This document shows positions 18,740-28,802 of a DNA stretch of 64,000 nucleotides, piece after piece. Position 1 is the stretch's first letter. Each line of letters begins with the position of its first letter. The position numbers and the translations under genes were made by a program. A model generated the notes under the pieces. It was not told the origin of the DNA and did no database searches. It saw only the letters and a program-made list of their open reading frames with translations. Origin of the DNA: Bacillota bacterium (GTDB lineage Bacteria; Bacillota; Sulfobacillia; JAMCWA01); the NCBI GenBank assembly GCA_023475165.1, contig JAMCWA010000088.1:130298-194297 (forward strand), written 5' to 3'.

Positions 18740-19528
18740 CTAAAGGTCTTTCGCCGCCACAACCTCATCCCAGACCGATTGCGCCTCAGAAAAGAGAACC
18801 CTCCCCGCTGGCTCGTCCACCACCACTGTCAAATCTGGGTGTAGCTGCAAAACCGAAGCCGGTACCTGGCTACCCACCGGGCCTTGCAGGGCACGGGCCA
18901 GGATAGCCGCCTTATCGGCCCCACTGGCCAACAAGAGGATGCGCCGCGACAACATGATGGTCCTGATCCCCATGGAAATGGCATAACGCGGGACCTCGGT
19001 CTCCGAATCAAAGTCCGCCCGGCTGGCGGCAACGGACTCCGGATGAAGCTGAATCTTCTGGGTCAAAGAGCCCAGGGCGGTGCCTGGTTCATTGAAACCA
19101 ATGTGACCGTTCCGGCCAATCCCCAGTACCTGGAGGTCAATTCCTCCCGCGGCAAAAATGGCCCTCTCGTAGCGTTCCGCTTCCCTCGCCGGGTCCAGGG
19201 CCGCGCCGTTGGGAAGATGGGTCCTTTCTCGCCGGATATTTACCTGACTGAAAAGATGCTTATCCATGAAGGAACGGAAGCTTCGCGGGTGAGTCGGTGC
19301 AAGGGGATAATATTCATCCAGGTTGAAAGTGGTCACCCGGGAGAAATCCACCTCCCCTCGCTGGTAGGCCTCCACCAGCAGACGGTAAAGCCCCAGGGGC
19401 GTCTTTCCGGTGGCCAACCCCAGGACCAAATCCGCTTTATCTTTAATACCCTCAACAATGCTTTGAGCCGCCACCCGGCTCATCTCCTCATAGTCACGGC
19501 AACGAAGGATTTTCATAACACTGGACAC
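18740..19528 (-). CDS. nagB: glucosamine-6-phosphate deaminase
   Basis: 'GLATGKTPLGLYRLLVEAYQRGEVDFSRVTTFNLDEYYPL' is the NagB signature. Confidence 0.85.
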   Translation of the reverse strand: MSSVMKILRCRDYEEMSRVAAQSIVEGIKDKADLVLGLATGKTPLGLYRLLVEAYQRGEVDFSRVTTFNLDEYYPLAPTHPRSFRSFMDKHLFSQVNIRRERTHLPNGAALDPAREAERYERAIFAAGGIDLQVLGIGRNGHIGFNEPGTALGSLTQKIQLHPESVAASRADFDSETEVPRYAISMGIRTIMLSRRILLLASGADKAAILARALQGPVGSQVPASVLQLHPDLTVVVDEPAGRVLFSEAQSVWDEVVAAKDL

Positions 19529-19536
19529 CTACTCTT

Positions 19537-20649
19537 TCAACTGACATGGCCTGGGAGGACAACATCGTAGATCCCGGGGAAATATCTTTCATAAAGCTGC
19601 CGGTTGAAATCCTCTTCCCCTTTTTCTTCCCCTCGCAGCCGGCGCAGGGTCCCAAGATCCAGATTGGCCACCACGACCTCTTCCTGATCAGAATTGTTGG
19701 TTTGAGCCAGGATACCGTCGCCATTGCCCGTAAGTTGCAGAGGAGCAAAGATTCCGGCCCGACCGGTAAGTTTTATGCCCATAAGTTCCCCTACCAGGCA
19801 GGGATTGACGCCGTAGACCAGCGCTTCTTGCACCCGCGGCCAGATCCCCCGGAGGGCCTTCCAAAAGTTGTATTCCTCCGGATTGGCCGTCGGAATAATA
19901 ACAATCTCTGCCCCCAGGCGGCTGACGATACGGAAGGTCTCAAAGTAGGAGGCATCCATGCAGATGGGGATGGCGACCTTGGTCCAGGGGGTGGAGAAGA
20001 GTTGCAGGTTGTCACCCGTTTGCAGACCCCATTCCCACTCCATCGGGATAAAATGGCACTTCTCCTGGGTTCCCAGCAGCCCTCCGTCGGGTCCATAGAA
20101 GTGGGCCAGGTTGACCATCCGGCCCGTTGCGTCCGGCAAAATGGCGCTGCCCGCAGCCAGGTAAACCCCAAAACGACGCGCCAGACCGGAGAAGGTGGCC
20201 TCATAGATCCTCCTAGTGGCCGGAGCAAGGAAACGAAAAATGTCAGCCACCCGGAGGTTATCACCGGCCATCTCAGTGATGGCCCCCTCCAGGCTGCCCG
20301 CCCCGGCCACTTTCTTAATGCCGGGCAGAAGACCCAGGAGGCCGGTAGCGCTGTCCTCCGGAAAGGCCACCAACTGGGCCCCCTCTTCCACCGCCTGCCG
20401 GACAAGGCGATAGATCTGCTCGGCGTAGGCTTCCGCCGAGGGCATGAGTTCCAGATGCATCTGTACGGCCGCCACCCGCAGGTCGGACGACCCGCTCCCC
20501 TGCACTTCCTTCCTTCCGGAAAGACCCAGCGCAACGCAGTTCTTGGGGTAGCTTTTCTTGTTCAGTAACCTTTCTACCCGCCCCGGGTCGGAGAGCCAAT
20601 GCAGGTAATAACTCAAGGCCTTCTCTTTTAGTAGTTCCAGGAGCTTCAC
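19537..20649 (-). CDS. carbon-nitrogen hydrolase (nitrilase superfamily) protein, catalytic triad present
   Basis: 'RVAAVQMH…LVAFPE' (Glu), Lys, and 'VAIPICMDASYFE' (Cys). Confidence 0.7.
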   Translation of the reverse strand: MKLLELLKEKALSYYLHWLSDPGRVERLLNKKSYPKNCVALGLSGRKEVQGSGSSDLRVAAVQMHLELMPSAEAYAEQIYRLVRQAVEEGAQLVAFPEDSATGLLGLLPGIKKVAGAGSLEGAITEMAGDNLRVADIFRFLAPATRRIYEATFSGLARRFGVYLAAGSAILPDATGRMVNLAHFYGPDGGLLGTQEKCHFIPMEWEWGLQTGDNLQLFSTPWTKVAIPICMDASYFETFRIVSRLGAEIVIIPTANPEEYNFWKALRGIWPRVQEALVYGVNPCLVGELMGIKLTGRAGIFAPLQLTGNGDGILAQTNNSDQEEVVVANLDLGTLRRLRGEEKGEEDFNRQLYERYFPGIYDVVLPGHVS

Positions 20650-21689
20650 CGGCCTTCCCTCCTGACGTCGCCTTTCCCATAAATGCCAGGAAGATAACGA
20701 CGGTATAGGCTGGGGTTAAGTAGCTTCAGCAGGGGATAGGCCTGGACCACCGCCTCACGTCCCGGCAGATCCAAGTCGGCGGACACCACCTCCACCTCCG
20801 GATAGCCGGAGCCTTTCCCTCCTGAGGCCGACTCCCGCAAAGAAATGGGGAGGCCCTCCAGCGCCGCCGGATAGACTCGGGTCAATTCGCGCCAGGTCTC
20901 CTCCCACTGAGAAGCCGCCAGTCCCAGGAAGCCCGTTTCTCCCGCCGTCATCTCGCAGGGGGCAAAGACGGCGCTCCGGCCCACCAGTTCCTGGCCCAGG
21001 AGACGACCGGAAAGTCCACTTTCCAGGGCCAAGAACTGATTCTGCTGGACCTCCTGCCAAAGACCCGCCAACTGCTGCCAAAGACCATAGGGGGGCGGCA
21101 TGGTTACCGGGGCCAAAACCACTTCGGCTCCCAGGAGGGCCAGGATCCGGCTCACTTCCGGGTACCAGATATCGCTGCCTGCCAGCAGGGCCAGTCGCCC
21201 GATTTCTGTAGGCCAGACCTCCACCCCTTCCCCCCTCGCCAATCCCCAGGATCTTTCCCATGGGGTGGTGTGAGTCTGGTCCTGGGTCCCTACCAGTTTC
21301 CCCTCGGGAGAAAAGAGATAGGCCCGGTGGTACATCTTACCATCTCGGAAAACTGGCAGGGTGCCTGCCCCCAGGAAGAGGGAATTCTGCCGGGCCAGCG
21401 CGGCCATGGACTCCAAGAATGAAGCCTCCCCTGTCCGGCCTTTTTCCCCCAGCAAGATCTTCAGGGATGGGCCAAAGCTGACTCCCCGCCGGGTGGGATC
21501 AAAAGACAGCCGCTCTCCCTCAGACAGCAGAAAAAGCAGCCCGGTGAAGGCCGGAAGTAGAGCCAAGCCAGCCCCGCCGGCCCGTGCTGCCGCCAGGCCC
21601 CGGGACAGATTCCCCAGGACTTCCTCAGCCGAGCTATCCTCCCGCAGATTCAGCTGGAGGGAAACGGCCTTCAAAACCAAGGAACCCAC
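20646..21689 (-). CDS. carbon-nitrogen hydrolase-like paralogue, apparently lacking catalytic Glu and Cys
   Basis: It aligns with the upstream paralogue, but 'AFPE' becomes 'LLPA' and 'IPICMD' becomes 'LLAGSD'. Start overlaps the upstream gene stop. Confidence 0.6.
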   Translation of the reverse strand: MGSLVLKAVSLQLNLREDSSAEEVLGNLSRGLAAARAGGAGLALLPAFTGLLFLLSEGERLSFDPTRRGVSFGPSLKILLGEKGRTGEASFLESMAALARQNSLFLGAGTLPVFRDGKMYHRAYLFSPEGKLVGTQDQTHTTPWERSWGLARGEGVEVWPTEIGRLALLAGSDIWYPEVSRILALLGAEVVLAPVTMPPPYGLWQQLAGLWQEVQQNQFLALESGLSGRLLGQELVGRSAVFAPCEMTAGETGFLGLAASQWEETWRELTRVYPAALEGLPISLRESASGGKGSGYPEVEVVSADLDLPGREAVVQAYPLLKLLNPSLYRRYLPGIYGKGDVRREGR

Positions 21690-21863
21690 CTCGCGTGACT
21701 GATTCTCCTGGATCCCCGGGCCGCCTTTGGCAGTGCCGCAAAGACTGAAGACATCGCCTGAGCGGGGGACCGGGTCGATATCGTCGAGAGATCTTGGCCG
21801 AGCCCGGCATAGTAGTGGTCTAGACCTCTCTTAGGAATTCGACAAGAAAGGACAGTTTCCTGC

Positions 21864-23552
21864 CTAGATCTCCATGATCACCGGAAGGATCATCGGCCGC
21901 CGCCTGGTGCGCTCGTTCAAGAACTTGCCCAGACTATCCCGGACACTGGCCTTGATGGTGCTCCAGTCAGAGATGTTGCTCTCCAATTTCTCCTCCAGAG
22001 CCTCCCTAACTTTTCCTCTTGCTTCTTCCATCAAGGCCTCGGACTCCTTGACATAAACAAAACCCCGGCTGATGATGTCCGGTCCGGCGGCGATCTTGCC
22101 GTCCTGTTTGTCCAAAGCCACCACCACTACCAGGATCCCGTCCTGAGAAAGCTGCTTGCGGTCACGCAAAACAACGCTTCCCACATCCCCAACCCCCAGG
22201 CCGTCCACCAGGACGTTTCCGGCCGGAACCCGGCCACCGAGGCTTCCCTTCTCCTCAGTGAACTCGAAAACCGTCCCGTTCTCTCCCACCAGGATGTTTT
22301 CCCGGGGTAAGCCCATAAACTGAGCCAACTGGCTGTGATGAATCAGGTGACGGTACTCTCCGTGGACCGGCACGAAGTAACGCGGACGAATGAAGTTGAG
22401 CATGAGCTTGAGTTCTTCCTGGCTGGCGTGACCGGAGACGTGCACCCCACTTCCGGCCTCGTAGAAAACGTTGGCACCACGTCGGTAAAGGTTATCAACG
22501 GTCCGATGAACCATTTTCTCGTTTCCAGGAACCGGGGTGGCGGCAATGATGACCGTGTCCCCGGGCACGATCTCCACCTTGCGGTGATCAGCTAAAGAGA
22601 TCCGGGTTAAGGCCGACATCGGCTCGCCCTGACTGCCGGTGGCCAGTATGGCCACCCGGTTCAGAGGCAAGCGGTTGAGGTATTCCTGCTCCACCAACAA
22701 TCCGTCTGGTACCGAGAGATACCCTAGCTTCAGAGCCACCTCAACCACATTCTCCATGCTCCTGCCCACCACTGCCACCTGTCGATCGTGCTCGTAGGCA
22801 GCAGTGATAACTTGCTGAATCCGGTGAACGTTGGTGGCGAAACTGGCGACCAGGACCCTTTGTTTAGCCAGGCGAAAGATCTCCCCGAGGGTCTCTCCTA
22901 CCACCCGTTCCGAGGGGGTGAAACCCGGTCTCTCGGCGTTGGTGCTGTCCGAGAGTAGTACCAGGACCCCCTTTTGGCCCAGTTCGGCCAGCTTGTGAAA
23001 ATCTACTACTTCCCGATCTACCGGGGTCTGATCAAACTTGAAGTCACCGGTATGCACCACCATCCCCACCGGGGTACGAATGGCCAGACCCACCGAATCG
23101 GGAATACTATGGTTGACCCGAAAAAGCTCAATCCCAAAGACACCCAACTCTAAAGACTCTCCGGCCTCCAGGACCCTGGACCCCGGCGGCAGGGTCAAAC
23201 CGTGCTCGGCCAGTTTACCCTCCACCAAACCCAGGGTCAGCTTGGTGCCAAAGACGGGCGCCGGCAGAGATTTCAGGACGTAGGGTAAAGCCCCGATATG
23301 ATCCTCATGACCATGGGTCAAAACAATGCCCCGCAGGTGCTCCTTGTTCTCCAAGAGGTAGGTAAGATCGGGAATAACGAGGTCAATTCCTAGCATCTCA
23401 TCATCGGGAAAGGCCAGACCGGCATCCACCACGAAGATATCGTCGCCGTAGTGAAAAACCAGCATGTTCTTACCAATCTCCCCCAGTCCGCCCAGGGGGA
23501 CGATCAAGAGCTTACCGCTCCTGGTCTTCTTCCTTCTCCGTCCTCCAGCCAA
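21864..23552 (-). CDS. rnj: ribonuclease J
   Basis: Metallo-beta-lactamase 'LTHGHEDHIGALPY' plus beta-CASP and C-terminal domains. 562 aa. Confidence 0.9.
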   Translation of the reverse strand: MAGGRRRKKTRSGKLLIVPLGGLGEIGKNMLVFHYGDDIFVVDAGLAFPDDEMLGIDLVIPDLTYLLENKEHLRGIVLTHGHEDHIGALPYVLKSLPAPVFGTKLTLGLVEGKLAEHGLTLPPGSRVLEAGESLELGVFGIELFRVNHSIPDSVGLAIRTPVGMVVHTGDFKFDQTPVDREVVDFHKLAELGQKGVLVLLSDSTNAERPGFTPSERVVGETLGEIFRLAKQRVLVASFATNVHRIQQVITAAYEHDRQVAVVGRSMENVVEVALKLGYLSVPDGLLVEQEYLNRLPLNRVAILATGSQGEPMSALTRISLADHRKVEIVPGDTVIIAATPVPGNEKMVHRTVDNLYRRGANVFYEAGSGVHVSGHASQEELKLMLNFIRPRYFVPVHGEYRHLIHHSQLAQFMGLPRENILVGENGTVFEFTEEKGSLGGRVPAGNVLVDGLGVGDVGSVVLRDRKQLSQDGILVVVVALDKQDGKIAAGPDIISRGFVYVKESEALMEEARGKVREALEEKLESNISDWSTIKASVRDSLGKFLNERTRRRPMILPVIMEI

Positions 23553-24702
23553 CTACTTCACCCCTGATCAGTTCAAGATAAAGCTGCTCCAATTTCTCCG
23601 CCAACATCTTTTCGTCAAATCCGGCCGCCTTTCTCCTGGCCGCCGGGCCCATCCGAGAATGGACCGGCTCCTTCAGAGCCGAAAGGATACGACCGGCAAA
23701 GATTTCCTCCCGCTCTTCCGTCAAGAAACCGTCCTCCCCGTCGCTAACCAGTTCGGCGGTAGCCGGGGAACGAAGGGCCACCACTGGCACGCCAGCCGCC
23801 ATGGACTCCAGCAAGACCATCCCCTGGGTTTCCACCAGGGAGGCAAAGACAAATAAGTCGGCCTCCAGATACCACTGCATCACTTCTTCCTGGGGCAGGA
23901 CACCGGTGAAGGTCACCAATTGTTGCAGGCCCCTTTCGCGTATCAAGGTCTGCAAAGGCCTCTCTTCCGGACCTCCCCCTATCAGTACAAGATGCAGGGC
24001 CTGTCCCCCATCTCGCGCTGCCCGCGCAAAAGCCCGTATTAGAAAAGCCAGGTTCTTCTCCTTCGCCAGCCGCCCGGTGTAAAGAAGGAGCTTAGTGTCC
24101 GAGGCGATTCCCAAAGTCCGCCGCCTGGCCCCGGTCGCCTGAAAACGATAGCGATCAAGGTTTACCCCTGTCGGCAAGACCGCGATTCTGGTTCTAACCC
24201 CCCACCCTTCCAGGGTTTTCTTGACAAAGGAAGATGGAGCCAAGACCAGGGAAACGTTATTGCAAAACCTCACGGTATAGGCGCGGATTAACCACCGGGC
24301 TACGGGGGCAACGGCCGGGACGTAACGGGCGTACTCCTCATAAAGGCTATGACAGGTGAAAACCACCGGGATGTCCCTTTCCCTGACATGCCGAGCCAGC
24401 CGAAGGCCGGAAAGGCCCAGGGTAAAGGGGGAATGGGCATGGATAATGTCGACATCGCGCACCCAGGAGGCCAAAGCGGCCTGCCCGAGGGGGAAGGCCA
24501 AACGGAGGCCGGGATACTGAGGGACAGCAAGGGAGGGAACCACGTACACACCCTCCGCCCGTCCACTTGCCCCAGGGGAAGAGGGAACTACAAACCTGAC
24601 CTGATGACCCCTTTCCTTCAGTCGCCGAGAAAAGGACAACAACGACATAACCGCCCCGCTGGTGTAAGGGAGGTAGGTGTCGCTAAAGAAGGCTATCTTC
24701 AA
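23512..24702 (-). CDS. GT4-family glycosyltransferase
   Basis: 'MKIAFFSDTYLPYTSGAVMS' N-terminus, and the EX7E-type C-terminal half 'GGGPEE...LVTFTG...ADLFVFAS'. Confidence 0.75.
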   Translation of the reverse strand: MKIAFFSDTYLPYTSGAVMSLLSFSRRLKERGHQVRFVVPSSPGASGRAEGVYVVPSLAVPQYPGLRLAFPLGQAALASWVRDVDIIHAHSPFTLGLSGLRLARHVRERDIPVVFTCHSLYEEYARYVPAVAPVARWLIRAYTVRFCNNVSLVLAPSSFVKKTLEGWGVRTRIAVLPTGVNLDRYRFQATGARRRTLGIASDTKLLLYTGRLAKEKNLAFLIRAFARAARDGGQALHLVLIGGGPEERPLQTLIRERGLQQLVTFTGVLPQEEVMQWYLEADLFVFASLVETQGMVLLESMAAGVPVVALRSPATAELVSDGEDGFLTEEREEIFAGRILSALKEPVHSRMGPAARRKAAGFDEKMLAEKLEQLYLELIRGEVVGWRTEKEEDQER

Positions 24703-25229
24703 AGGCTCCCCCCCAACGAGTATGATGAAGCAGCCGTCAGGACATATTCCGTCAGTTCAATGACCCCATTTTTCAAGAGCCAAGTCCTTCCCCCGGTCTG
24801 GGTAAAGCCGAAGCTTTCATAAAAGCGTCTGGCCCTCCAGTTCTCCTTCTCCACCGTCAAAGAGACTGGGTAAGCCCCCTCTCCTAAGTCCGTCAAACCC
24901 ATCCGGAGAAGACTCCGGCCCAAGCCTTGACCTTGCCAGGAGGGCAGGAGGTAGAGTCTGGATAACTCCGTCCCCCGAACTGCCCCCGGCAGCACTCTCC
25001 AGCAAAAATGACAGAATCCTGCCACCGATCCCGCCTCAGCCACCAAAAAGGCGGCAGCGGCGTTAATGTCCCCCTCCAGCCGCGGACGGGAATAGTTGCG
25101 TTCCAGGATCTCGTCTATCAATTCCGGCGACAGGCGGCCGCGAAATGTATCTTCCCAGGTTTCCCGGGCCACCTGCTGAATATGAGGAATATCATCGAGC
25201 CTCGCGGGCCTTATCAGGAACTTCGTCAT
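24699..25229 (-). CDS. GNAT family N-acetyltransferase
   Basis: 176 aa. 'LYLLPSWQGQGLGRSLL' is the acetyl-CoA binding motif A. Confidence 0.75.
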   Translation of the reverse strand: MTKFLIRPARLDDIPHIQQVARETWEDTFRGRLSPELIDEILERNYSRPRLEGDINAAAAFLVAEAGSVAGFCHFCWRVLPGAVRGTELSRLYLLPSWQGQGLGRSLLRMGLTDLGEGAYPVSLTVEKENWRARRFYESFGFTQTGGRTWLLKNGVIELTEYVLTAASSYSLGGSL

Positions 25230-25484
25230 TATCGTAACGACCTTCTAACATTGACCGTGCCAGTTGGTATGAAGAGGGCCTTTCCCAGAACAGGAAAAGC
25301 GCCCGGACTCGCACCGAAAATACCTTCGTTTCAACGCCGCTCGGTGCACCCTGCGCCCCGCGGCGTACGAACTTGCCCTAACTATGATATCATAAATGAA
25401 CCAACTAGGCAAAGACACTCTGCAACCTCGGCGCGGTCGACAAACATTGTTTGCAAGTACCTTCTGACCGAAGTACAGAAAACC

Positions 25485-25570
25485 CCGGCCTCCTGGGCCA
25501 GGGTGACCGATCATTTGCAAACTTCCCTGCCGCCTTCGGCGGCACCGCAAAGGATGAAAACAGCGCTTCA
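25485..25570. repeat. degenerate A-module copy
   Basis: 'cctgccgccttcggcggcaccgcaaaggatgaaaacagcgc'. Confidence 0.5.
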
Positions 25571-25769
25571 GCAGGGGTCTGGGCCAGAAACCTCATTGGC
25601 TGGCCAGATGGGTCAATCGCATGAAACCGCTGACCCCGGCAAACACTCAACGCTGTCTATACCAGTCAAATCGTAACGAAGCGGACCCCCGATACTGGCC
25701 AGGTCATTGAGGAGCTTCGTTCACATCGACCCAGACCCGCCAAGCTGGCAGGAGCTCGACTTTTTCATA

Positions 25770-25995
25770 CTAGGAGATCCCCATGCCGCCTTTTGGCGGC
25801 GCCAAAGAGTAATGAAACAGCAGCGGCGCCCCGGAAGCAGCTGGTTTGTTTCAGGATAGACCCCCATGCCGCCAGCGGCACCAGCAGATGATGAAAACGG
25901 CCGCGGCATGGTGATTGTGGCAGGCGAACGACTGGCGGAGCGCCGGAGTGAGCCGGGACAACGCTCGGCCAAGAAACCTTATTTTCAGGATAGAC
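25770..25995. repeat. two tandem A-module copies
   Basis: 'ccccatgccgccttttggcggcgccaaagagtaatgaaacagcagcggcg…ctggtttgtttcaggatagacc' is followed by a variant 'ccatgccgccagcggcacc…gcggcatgg'. Confidence 0.7.
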
Positions 25996-26021
25996 CACTA
26001 AGGAAATGCGATGGGAAGGTC

Positions 26022-26898
26022 TCACGGGCCGGTCGCTCTGTTTTCTACCACCAGTCCGAGAGACTCCATGGCCTTCCTCAAGACGGACCTCTCCGGTGGT
26101 TCCATCTCCCACAGGGGTGGCCGCACCGGACCCACCGGGAAACCGGCTTCACGCAGAGCTGTCTTAACGGGGATGGGGTTGGCGGTGACAAAGAGCGCCC
26201 GGAAAAGTGGCAGCAACTGGCGATGGATCTCAGCGGCGGTGGTTACATCCCCGGCGAGATGGCTGTAGATCAAACGCGAAATCTCTTTCCCGAGCAGGTG
26301 GGAGGCAACGCTGACCACACCGTAACCGCCCAGGGAGAGAATGGGGAGTAAGAGGTTATCGTCCCCGCTGTAGACCGAAAACCCCGTGGGGGCCTGACGT
26401 AAAATCTCCCCCACCTGATTGAGATCACCGCTGGCCTCCTTGATGGCCACAATGTTCGGTATCCGGGCTAAGCGAAGGGTGGTCGGAGGCTGCAGGTTGA
26501 CCCCGGTGCGACTCGGAACGTTATACAGAAGGACAGGTAGTCGCGTTGCTTCCGCGATGGCTTTAAAGTGCTGGTAAAGTCCCTCCTGCGGGGGTTTGTT
26601 GTAATAAGGGGTTACCAGCATGATGCCCTTGATCCCGGTGACTTCCGCCTTCCTGGTCAGAGCCACGCTTTCCGCCGTGGAATAGGTTCCAGTACCGCCC
26701 AGAACCGCTGCCTTTTCTCCCACAGCCTCTACCACCGTCTCCATCAACTGCAGTTTCTCCGACATAGATAAGGTGGGCGATTCACCAGTTGTTCCGGCGA
26801 CAACGATGCCTTCGGACCCCTCCTCTACCAACCGAAGAGCCAGTTCCCTGGTCCGGATCAGATCCAGGGAAAAATCCCGATTAAAGGGTGTGACCATG
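26022..26898 (-). CDS. dapA: 4-hydroxy-tetrahydrodipicolinate synthase
   Basis: 'MVTPFNRDFSLD…VVAGTTGESPTLS…YNVPSRTG'. Start at Met 26898; the longer ORF upstream is a GC artefact. Confidence 0.9.
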
Positions 26899-26950
26899 GC
26901 GGTGATTAACCTACCAAAGGGCAATTTTCTCACTCCTTCCTGGAGCGGAT

Positions 26951-28162
26951 CTATAGACCGAACTTCTGGTGGAGGGCGCGAACGGCCTTCTCCATATCCC
27001 GGATATCGACAAGACAGGAGATGGTCAGGTGAGAATCGCTGGTCTGCAGGATTGGTACTCCCGCCGCCTGCAAGGCTTCCGCCAGCCTGGCCATCACCCC
27101 CGGGACCCCTCTCATGCCGCTCCCCACCACCGAGACCTTGGCGCACTCGTCCCTGATCTGAAGCTCAAGATTCATATCTTTCAAGATGTGGAGGGCTTTC
27201 TCGGCTTTTTCCCCCGCTACCACGAAGACTAGGAGATCAGGAGTCACATTGATCATGTCCAGACTAACGCCGGCATTGCCCAGCCAACGGAAGACTTTGG
27301 CCGGCCATACCCCCTCCGGTTCGGAGGGAACCCGCACCCGGAATTGCGTCAGACCGGGGAGGTTGGTTATTCCAGTTATGACCTTGCCATTTTCCAGAGA
27401 GGGCCAGTTCCCCTCGAGGGCATAGGACAGGAGGGTGCCGGGATGATCACTGAAGGTGGACTTAATGCGGAGGGGAACATTCCACCGCCGGGCGATCTCT
27501 ACCGCCCGGGGATGAATGACCCTAGCCCCTTCATAAGCCAGCTGAGTGATCTCGTCGTAGGTGGCACCCTCCAGGGTTCTGGCCTCCGGAACAATCCTGG
27601 GATCGGCGGTCTTGACACCTTCCACATCAGTATAAACCTCCACCAATTCCGCCCTCAGGGCGGCCCCCAAGGCCACGGCCGTCGTATCGCTGCCGCCCCG
27701 TCCCAGGGTGGTGATATCGCCGTTCTCCGTTACCCCCTGAAATCCGGCCACCACCACCACCTTCCCTTCGTTGAGATGGCGGAGGACATGATCGGGCTGT
27801 ACCCGCAAGATGTGGGCGTCGCCAAAGTTATCGTCGGTAATGATCCCCGCCTGACCGCCGGAAAGAGCCAAAGCCTCGATCTGAAAACCCTTAAGGGTGT
27901 TCGTAAAGATGACGGCCGAGATGAGTTCGCCGCAAGAAGCCAGGAGATCCATCTCCCGCAGCGCCGTGTCGGGATAGACACTCCTGGCCAGACTGATCAG
28001 GGTGTCGGTGGCATAGGGGTCACCGCCCCGCCCCATGGCGGAGACCACCACCACCAGCAGGGCATCTTGCTGCAGGGCCTTCCGGCAGTGCTCCACGGCC
28101 TTAGTCCTGGCCGGCGGCGTCACCAGAGAAGTTCCCCCAAACTTCTGTACGATAATGCGCAT
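26951..28162 (-). CDS. lysC: aspartate kinase
   Basis: 'MRIIVQKFGGTSL' N-terminus and C-terminal ACT domains. Confidence 0.9.
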   Translation of the reverse strand: MRIIVQKFGGTSLVTPPARTKAVEHCRKALQQDALLVVVVSAMGRGGDPYATDTLISLARSVYPDTALREMDLLASCGELISAVIFTNTLKGFQIEALALSGGQAGIITDDNFGDAHILRVQPDHVLRHLNEGKVVVVAGFQGVTENGDITTLGRGGSDTTAVALGAALRAELVEVYTDVEGVKTADPRIVPEARTLEGATYDEITQLAYEGARVIHPRAVEIARRWNVPLRIKSTFSDHPGTLLSYALEGNWPSLENGKVITGITNLPGLTQFRVRVPSEPEGVWPAKVFRWLGNAGVSLDMINVTPDLLVFVVAGEKAEKALHILKDMNLELQIRDECAKVSVVGSGMRGVPGVMARLAEALQAAGVPILQTSDSHLTISCLVDIRDMEKAVRALHQKFGL

Positions 28163-28188
28163 GACTGTACCTCTCCTCCCTCAGTCTT

Positions 28189-28782
28189 TCATTGCCCACT
28201 CCGACTGATGAGAACAGGTTGCAGCTGTCTTCCCTCCAGGGCGGCCATGACCGTCTCCACCAAGAGAGTAAAGTCGGCTTCCAGCGAGGCGGGTTTTTCT
28301 CTGGGATTGTCCTGACCAAAGGGGATGAAGTATATGTTCCTGCAATTCAAGAGGAAACCGATGTTTTTGGCGTTCAGTCCCAGACCGTCGTTGGTGGCCA
28401 CCCCGATGACCACCGGTCGACCATTGCGCAAGGTCGCCTTGGCCGTCATGGTCACCGGTCCGTCGGTGATGGCATTGGCCAGCCTGGATAGGGTATTCCC
28501 GGTACAGGGCGCGATAACCAGGGCATCGAAAAGCCGCCCGGGACCCACTGGCTCCGCCTCCACAATGCTGGTAATGGGGGTGTGTCCGCTAAGCTCCTCG
28601 ACCTTCCTTATCCAGCCTTCCCAGGTTCCAAAACGGGTGGAGGTACTGCTGACCGAGCTTGAAAGAACAGGGAAGACCTCCGCCCCCAGGGTGACCAGTC
28701 GCTCCATCTGGGGTAAGACCTTGGAAAGGGTGCAATGGGATCCCGTTAGAGCCAACCCGATTCTCTTGCCTGACAGATCCAC
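28189..28782 (-). CDS. dpaB: dipicolinate synthase subunit B
   Basis: Flavoprotein-like 'KRIGLALTGSHCT…VIAPCTGNTLSRLANAITDGPV'. GTG start with GGAGGTG RBS. Confidence 0.9.
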   Translation of the reverse strand: MDLSGKRIGLALTGSHCTLSKVLPQMERLVTLGAEVFPVLSSSVSSTSTRFGTWEGWIRKVEELSGHTPITSIVEAEPVGPGRLFDALVIAPCTGNTLSRLANAITDGPVTMTAKATLRNGRPVVIGVATNDGLGLNAKNIGFLLNCRNIYFIPFGQDNPREKPASLEADFTLLVETVMAALEGRQLQPVLISRSGQ

Positions 28783-28802
28783 TTCTTCTCACCTCCTCAG
28801 TC

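Noticed and set aside
25008-25676. 222-aa plus-strand ORF in the GNAT–dapA intergenic region
   Set aside because: It runs through degenerate repeat modules and has no detectable family similarity or RBS. The region is better explained as repeat-rich non-coding DNA.
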